Below are positions 59,478 to 64,000 of a DNA stretch of 64,000 bases, piece by piece. The stretch is from the IMG/VR virus record IMGVR_UViG_2690315780_000002, positions 2,229 to 66,228 of that record; one strand, written 5' to 3'. Position numbers and translations under genes: made by a program. The stretch is from a virus (Duplodnaviria > Caudoviricetes). Each line of letters begins with the position of its first letter. Position 1 is the stretch's first letter. Below the pieces are notes generated by a model. It was not told the origin of the DNA, did not search any database, and was given only the letters and a program-made list of their open reading frames with translations.

Positions 59478-59852
59478 AGGCGTGAATAAATGTATTCTCA
59501 TTGGTCACTTGGGGCAAGACCCTGAAATCCGTTATATGCCGAGTGGCATCGAGTATGCATCTTCGGAAAATTAGCAGAAATTGCAGGTGAATATCTGAGA
59601 AAAGGTTCACAAGTTTATATCGAAGGCCAATTACAAACTCGTAAATGGCAAGACCAAGGTGGTCAAGACAGATATAGCACTGAAGTTGTTGTGAATATCG
59701 GCGGCTCTATGCAAATGCTAGGCGGTAACAGTGGTAATCAGGCAGGAAGCCAGAAGCCTCAGCAGAATCAAGGATGGGGACAACCTCAGCAACCGCAAGC
59801 ACAGAGTAGTCAGCCACCAATGGATTTCGATGACTCTGATATCCCGTTTTGA
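59467..59852 (+). pseudogene. ssb: Phage ssb with internal deletion and frameshift
   Basis: [27 protein letters not shown] jumps to [23 protein letters not shown] in another frame; ends DFDDSDIPF*. Confidence 0.9.
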
Positions 59853-59942
59853 CCACCCTACCCGTTTAACCAAAGGATATACTTGCAAGGATGCAAACAG
59901 GAGATAGATGCCTCCAATAACTAAACAAAAGAGGATTCAATA

Positions 59943-60212
59943 ATGGCGAACACCGCTAGATTAAGACTAGGTTTCTCACCTTTAACTAAAAAAATCAGCT
60001 TAGCAAAAATGAAAGTCGTCAGAGATGGTCTCTTGGTGAGAGTTGGTAATGATGCAAGGGATGTGACAAATGAAGCTGCACAAATGGTCTGGCAATTAGT
60101 TATCGCTGAGGGTGGAGAAATCAATTGGCATAGAGAAGATGGAAAGATCATGAAGCTAAAGGCCGAGCTGATTGATGCGGACGACTCGCAGGGATGCAAT
60201 GAAGAGGAATAA
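59943..60212 (+). CDS. Hypothetical protein
   Basis: LGFSPLTKKISLAK..RDVTNEAAQ; GAGG RBS. Confidence 0.65.
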   Translation: MANTARLRLGFSPLTKKISLAKMKVVRDGLLVRVGNDARDVTNEAAQMVWQLVIAEGGEINWHREDGKIMKLKAELIDADDSQGCNEEE

Positions 60213-60214
60213 AT

Positions 60215-60511
60215 ATGATTGAACTACGCAACCAATTTGAACCCAAAGCGAGAAATATATGCTCTTGTTGCGGTGAAGATATTGGAGTTAAAAACCTAGT
60301 TTCAGTTGGGAATATTAATATTTGCTTTTATTGCGCGGACTTAGCAAAGGAACTTGCTGATAAAGAGCGCAAGGAAATAGCAGAAAAAGAAATTGAGCAA
60401 ATGGCAATTGATTTATCAACTGGTGACTTAGGTTTAGTTGATATGGGAATGGGAACAGCCAGAGCACATGCCGAGCGTTTATATAAAGCTGGATATAGAA
60501 AGGTGGAATGA
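60215..60511 (+). CDS. Hypothetical protein with ClpX-like Zn finger
   Basis: CSCCG..ICFYC; LYKAGYRK. Confidence 0.65.
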   Translation: MIELRNQFEPKARNICSCCGEDIGVKNLVSVGNINICFYCADLAKELADKERKEIAEKEIEQMAIDLSTGDLGLVDMGMGTARAHAERLYKAGYRKVE

Positions 60512-60765
60512 TGGATACATCAAGACAGCAATTTGATAGAGAGCAAATGAAATTAGGCGTTCTATATGCTCGCAATCATTTAATTAGTGCATATAGGGCT
60601 AATTTTATAGAGTGTGATGAGAAGCAGTTTGCAATGTTTATGAATACATTATCTTACATTGCAAAGGAATCTATCGATATTGAATTAATGATGGCAAATG
60701 TTTTGTCATGTAATGATGCGGCTGAGAGCTGGATTAAAGAAACTCTAATTAAACATTCAAAATAA
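60508..60765 (+). CDS. Hypothetical protein
   Basis: Coupled ORF. Confidence 0.55.
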   Translation: MMDTSRQQFDREQMKLGVLYARNHLISAYRANFIECDEKQFAMFMNTLSYIAKESIDIELMMANVLSCNDAAESWIKETLIKHSK

Positions 60766-60771
60766 ACAACC

Positions 60772-60927
60772 ATGCAAATAATCGGATATGTATTACTCAT
60801 GCTAATGCAGGGTTCTGCTGTGCCTGTAACAAAGCAAATATACACAAAGCAAGAATGCGAGAGCCGTGCTATGCAGATAATGCAGGTGCGGGATGTTGAA
60901 ATAGTTTGTGGTGAGGTGTGGCGATGA
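60772..60927 (+). CDS. 51-aa hypothetical protein
   Basis: MQIIGYVLLMLMQG..ECE..VCGEVWR*, ATGA-coupled to next ORF. Confidence 0.5.
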   Translation: MQIIGYVLLMLMQGSAVPVTKQIYTKQECESRAMQIMQVRDVEIVCGEVWR

Positions 60928-61085
60928 AATTTAAAGTCGGCGATAAGGTTAAAGTTAAGGGGTATGAGAAAATTGGGGTTATTGAATTGGTTCGAGAAGG
61001 ACTTTACGCGCCCTACTTAGTGCACGATTGGTGGGATAACCGAAATTGGTACAATGAGAAAATGCTGGAGTTAATCAATGAATAG
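60924..61085 (+). CDS. 53-aa SH3/KOW-like protein
   Basis: MKFKVGDKVKV..GVIE. Confidence 0.55.
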   Translation: MKFKVGDKVKVKGYEKIGVIELVREGLYAPYLVHDWWDNRNWYNEKMLELINE

Positions 61086-61410
61086 CTATAATAAGTACAC
61101 CGACCTTCAAATTAATGAATTAGTTGCTACAAGGTTAAAGAAGAAATGCTTATTAACGGAAGAATCTGTATTAGCGTATATGGATAGCGGCTATCGGACT
61201 TTCGACCCATGCAACAATCCAGCCGATGCAATGCCGATTATTATTGAAAACTTGATATCGTTAATGGCAGATATGTCAGATGACGGAGGGTCAACTTGGT
61301 GGTTTGCAAGTGATATTTCAAGTGGAATCACATCGAGATATAAATCGAACCCATATCGCGCAGCTATGGAATTATTCTTAATGATGAAGGATGTGGAGAA
61401 TGAAAGCTGA
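61078..61410 (+). CDS. NinX/DUF2591-family protein
   Basis: INELVA..FDPCNNPADAMPII..NPYRAAMELFL. Confidence 0.75.
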   Translation: MNSYNKYTDLQINELVATRLKKKCLLTEESVLAYMDSGYRTFDPCNNPADAMPIIIENLISLMADMSDDGGSTWWFASDISSGITSRYKSNPYRAAMELFLMMKDVENES

Positions 61411-61945
61411 CTACGGAGGTAGCCATACACCAAAGGAATTGCGTGATAGATGGCAAACCCCCCTGCCTTTATTTACAGCGCTGGACGCTGAATTCGGTTT
61501 CTATTTAGATGCCGCCGCCGATAAAAATAATGCACTCTGTACTCATTACCTCACCAAAAAAGACGACTCATTAAATTGTGATTGGGAAAGCTACGGTGCT
61601 ATTTGGATTAATCCTCCATATTCAGATATTCAGCCTTGGATTAATAAAGCCGCCGAACAATGTAAAAAGCAACTACAGCCTATCGTGATGTTAATTCCTG
61701 CTGATACTTCTGTCGGTTGGTTTAATTCTGCATTAGAAACAGTTGATGAAGTGAGACTAATTACAGGAGGAAGAATATCTTTTATTAATGCAGGAACAAA
61801 CAAACCCGTCAATGGAAACAATAAAGGCTCAATGCTTTTAATATGGCGACCATATATCAAACCACGAAAGATAATTAATACTGTCGATAGAGACGAGTTA
61901 ATTAATATCGGTAATAAAATATTAAATGAATGGGAAATAGCATAG
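61400..61945 (+). CDS. Phage N6-adenine methyltransferase (Dam-like)
   Basis: DRWQTP..FYLDAAA..WINPPYS..PADTSVGWF..GRISF. Confidence 0.9.
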   Translation: MKADYGGSHTPKELRDRWQTPLPLFTALDAEFGFYLDAAADKNNALCTHYLTKKDDSLNCDWESYGAIWINPPYSDIQPWINKAAEQCKKQLQPIVMLIPADTSVGWFNSALETVDEVRLITGGRISFINAGTNKPVNGNNKGSMLLIWRPYIKPRKIINTVDRDELINIGNKILNEWEIA

Positions 61946-61952
61946 GTGAATT

Positions 61953-62153
61953 ATGGAAATCAGAATTCATGGCGATGTTAATGATATAGAAAAGATGGCA
62001 ATAAATGCAGCCTTAAATATCCACGATAAAAGCAAGAAAGGATTTCGAATAAATCACAGAGTTAAAATTAAAAATACAATTTATAACGTTGAAATAGAAA
62101 ATTGCCCTAATTCTCTCAGAGTAATAATGAGAAATAAAAGGCAAAGACTATGA
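61953..62153 (+). CDS. Hypothetical protein
   Basis: 66-aa ORF in operon. Confidence 0.55.
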   Translation: MEIRIHGDVNDIEKMAINAALNIHDKSKKGFRINHRVKIKNTIYNVEIENCPNSLRVIMRNKRQRL

Positions 62154-62368
62154 ACGCACAGGCAATGGAGAACGCACGAAGGCAAATAGCAAAGGAATGC
62201 TTAATCGAACTCAGAAGCCACGGAATACCCAACGACAAACTTACTACTCAGATCCTCGATAAATACACACCGAAGTTTAAGCCTCTAAATCACACAAAGT
62301 ACAACACCAAAGATGTTATGTGCCAATACATCAGAAATCTGCAAAAGGAAGAGAAGAATGGAAGATGA
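62150..62368 (+). CDS. Hypothetical protein
   Basis: ATGA-coupled ORF. Confidence 0.6.
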   Translation: MNAQAMENARRQIAKECLIELRSHGIPNDKLTTQILDKYTPKFKPLNHTKYNTKDVMCQYIRNLQKEEKNGR

Positions 62369-62666
62369 CTGCATGACATTGAAAGAGTTTGCAGGGAAGC
62401 TAAAACTCTCACCATCAACTATCTATAAAAACCCACCAAAATATTACATGTTTAAGGTGGGCGGTTCATGGCGAGCTAACAAGGAAAGCCTGAAAAAGTT
62501 TGAACAGGCGCAGTTTAATGACAATAATGTTTACCGGCTGGCTGTGGTCGGTGGCAGGAGAAATTCAAAATGCCGATCTACAAAAGAGGGAATACGTTCT
62601 GGATTGATGTCACATCTCCAAGTGGAGAAAGAATTAGGAGATCTACTGGCACCACGAACAAGGTGA
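62358..62666 (+). CDS. xis: Excisionase (HTH)
   Basis: MTLKEFAGKLKLSPSTIY..FKVGGSWR; overlaps int start as in P22. Confidence 0.75.
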   Translation: MEDDCMTLKEFAGKLKLSPSTIYKNPPKYYMFKVGGSWRANKESLKKFEQAQFNDNNVYRLAVVGGRRNSKCRSTKEGIRSGLMSHLQVEKELGDLLAPRTR

Positions 62667-63616
62667 AAGCTCAGGAGTATCACGATAAATTAAAGTACGA
62701 CCTATGGCAGATAGATAAACTAGATAAATCGCCAGAACGAACATTCGATGAGATGATGATTTTGGCGCTAAGAAACGCTGAGAGTCATCGAAGTTTTGCA
62801 AATGCACAAACTAATGCAAGGTATTTCCTAGCTATTTTCAAGGGAAGAAAACTATCCACTATTACCAGTGATGAGATCACGAACTCACTGCCTGTGTATA
62901 GCACGAAAACAAAGAGAAAACTCTCTAACGCATCCAAAAACAGGTATCGTTCATTTATTATGAGGGCATTTTCATTAGCCCACAAAAGCGGATGGATAAA
63001 AGAAAAACCGCATGTTCCATCGTTTAGAGAACCAGTTGTCAGGGTTAGATGGATCGAAAAGGAAGTAGCAATTGAGCTAATTGATAATCTAAAGCTAAAG
63101 TGGATGAAAGACTTAGTTAGCTTGGCATTATTAACTGGAGCAAGACGAGGTGAGTTACTATCCCTAACTTGGAGTAATGTTGACTTAGATAGAGGGGTTG
63201 CAATAGTAACACCTGAAAACTCAAAATCTAACCGAGGTCGCCCTCTCCCTTTAAATGAAGATGCTGTAAATATTTTACGCAATATTCCAAGAGAATTTGA
63301 ATATGTATTTACGAGAACAGGAAAAAGAAAACGATCTATCGGTCTTGAAGATTTTGAACGGGCAGTTAGATTGACTGGGTTAACAGATTTTAGATTTCAT
63401 GACCTGCGCCACACATGGGCAAGTTGGCATGTTCAGAGCGGAACACCATTAATGGTATTAAAAGAAATGGGAGGATGGGAAACATTAGAAATGGTTAAGA
63501 GGTATGCCCATTTAAGTGGTGAACATTTAACCAAATACAGTGAGCGCGTCACAATTTCGACACACTCGAAGAATGAAGCCAGCAAAAAGCCACATCTAAC
63601 TCTTTTAACTGGCTGA
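62570..63616 (+). CDS. int: P22-family tyrosine integrase, intact
   Basis: MPIYKRG..RIRRSTGT; LTGARRGE; [11 protein letters not shown]; MGGW..MVKRYAH. Confidence 0.95.
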   Translation: MPIYKRGNTFWIDVTSPSGERIRRSTGTTNKVKAQEYHDKLKYDLWQIDKLDKSPERTFDEMMILALRNAESHRSFANAQTNARYFLAIFKGRKLSTITSDEITNSLPVYSTKTKRKLSNASKNRYRSFIMRAFSLAHKSGWIKEKPHVPSFREPVVRVRWIEKEVAIELIDNLKLKWMKDLVSLALLTGARRGELLSLTWSNVDLDRGVAIVTPENSKSNRGRPLPLNEDAVNILRNIPREFEYVFTRTGKRKRSIGLEDFERAVRLTGLTDFRFHDLRHTWASWHVQSGTPLMVLKEMGGWETLEMVKRYAHLSGEHLTKYSERVTISTHSKNEASKKPHLTLLTG

Positions 63617-63672
63617 TTAATATAAATTAATATTGCCTATCATCTAATATAAAACGCAATCTTGAATAGATT
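63606..63672. other. Right attachment site of prophage 2: IHF site plus core
   Basis: IHF-like AATCAGCCAGTTA (reverse, 63606-63618); core AATC-TTGAATA-GATT (63658-63672) at the flagellin breakpoint. Confidence 0.7.
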
Positions 63673-64000
63673 TAATATCAGAATCTGAATTAGAACCATT
63701 TTTTGCTTGGACGGTTAATTCACGAATACGTTGTAGGTTATTATTAATCTCATTCAAGGCCCCTTCTGTGGTTTGGGCTATGGAAATACCATCATTCGCA
63801 TTACGTGCAGCTTGAGTTAAACCTTTAACATTAGCCGTAAAGCGGTTTGCAATCGCTTGACCCGCTGCGTCATCCTTGGCGCTATTAATGCGTAAGCCAG
63901 AAGATAAACGTTGAATTGCATTACCTAATGCACTTTGTGAACGATTTAAATTATTTTGAGTGACCAGTGACAGATAATTGGTATTAATGACTTGTGCCAT
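63644..64000 (-). pseudogene. fliC: Flagellin 5' portion, truncated after ...SIQD by prophage DNA
   Basis: [50 protein letters not shown]; non-flagellin CVLY* follows residue 114. Confidence 0.93.

Larger units (their letters stand above)
18473..63668. mobile_element. Prophage 2: lambdoid/P22 mosaic, defective (no Q or lysis genes), right att inside a flagellin gene
   Basis: Tail, head, nin, replication, immunity, recombination and xis-int modules in lambdoid order. Confidence 0.92.

Noticed and set aside
63644-64000. Phage-encoded flagellin (fliC-P/TldR-type remodelling)
   Set aside because: The gene lies outside the int end of the prophage and is truncated by it, so it looks like the host target, not cargo.

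Overview
This is an AT-rich enterobacterial window, very likely Proteus: it has a flagellin starting [18 protein letters not shown] and an MrpJ-like regulator. It is made almost entirely of decayed mobile DNA, in four parts. (1) 1-15850: prophage 1, with a complete-looking HK97-like siphophage tail module on the - strand. Its capsid gene is fused at about 15250 to the 3' half of its own P22-type integrase, so portal, terminase, lysis, replication and immunity genes are gone. It ends at a 46-bp 3' fragment of tRNA-Arg(UCU). (2) 15851-~17690: a short stub of a second tRNA-associated island with an intact tyrosine integrase. It is followed by a 46-bp IS605/IS609-type LE/RE mini-element and an MrpJ-like XRE gene. 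(3) ~18473-63668: prophage 2, a lambdoid/P22 mosaic with tail, P22-like immI (mnt-arc-sar-ant), head, nin, O/DnaB replication, cII-cro-cI, N, RecT/Exo and xis-int. It has lost Q and the lysis cassette, has a broken ssb, and has no visible left att. (4) 63644-64000: the 5' third of a flagellin gene, cut off at the prophage 2 boundary. The main signal is that junction. It has a tyrosine-recombinase core (AATC-TTGAATA-GATT) exactly 44 nt from an IHF site, the same geometry as the tRNA att of prophage 1, which points to a phage integrating site-specifically into flagellin. Other notable points are a moron gene split by a 1.36-kb foreign pL-operon insert with a 16-bp duplication, gene cassettes bounded by short direct repeats, repeated short-homology deletions, and nearly identical tail fibres on two different tail types. 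All family assignments are by eye and recall; no database searches were run.
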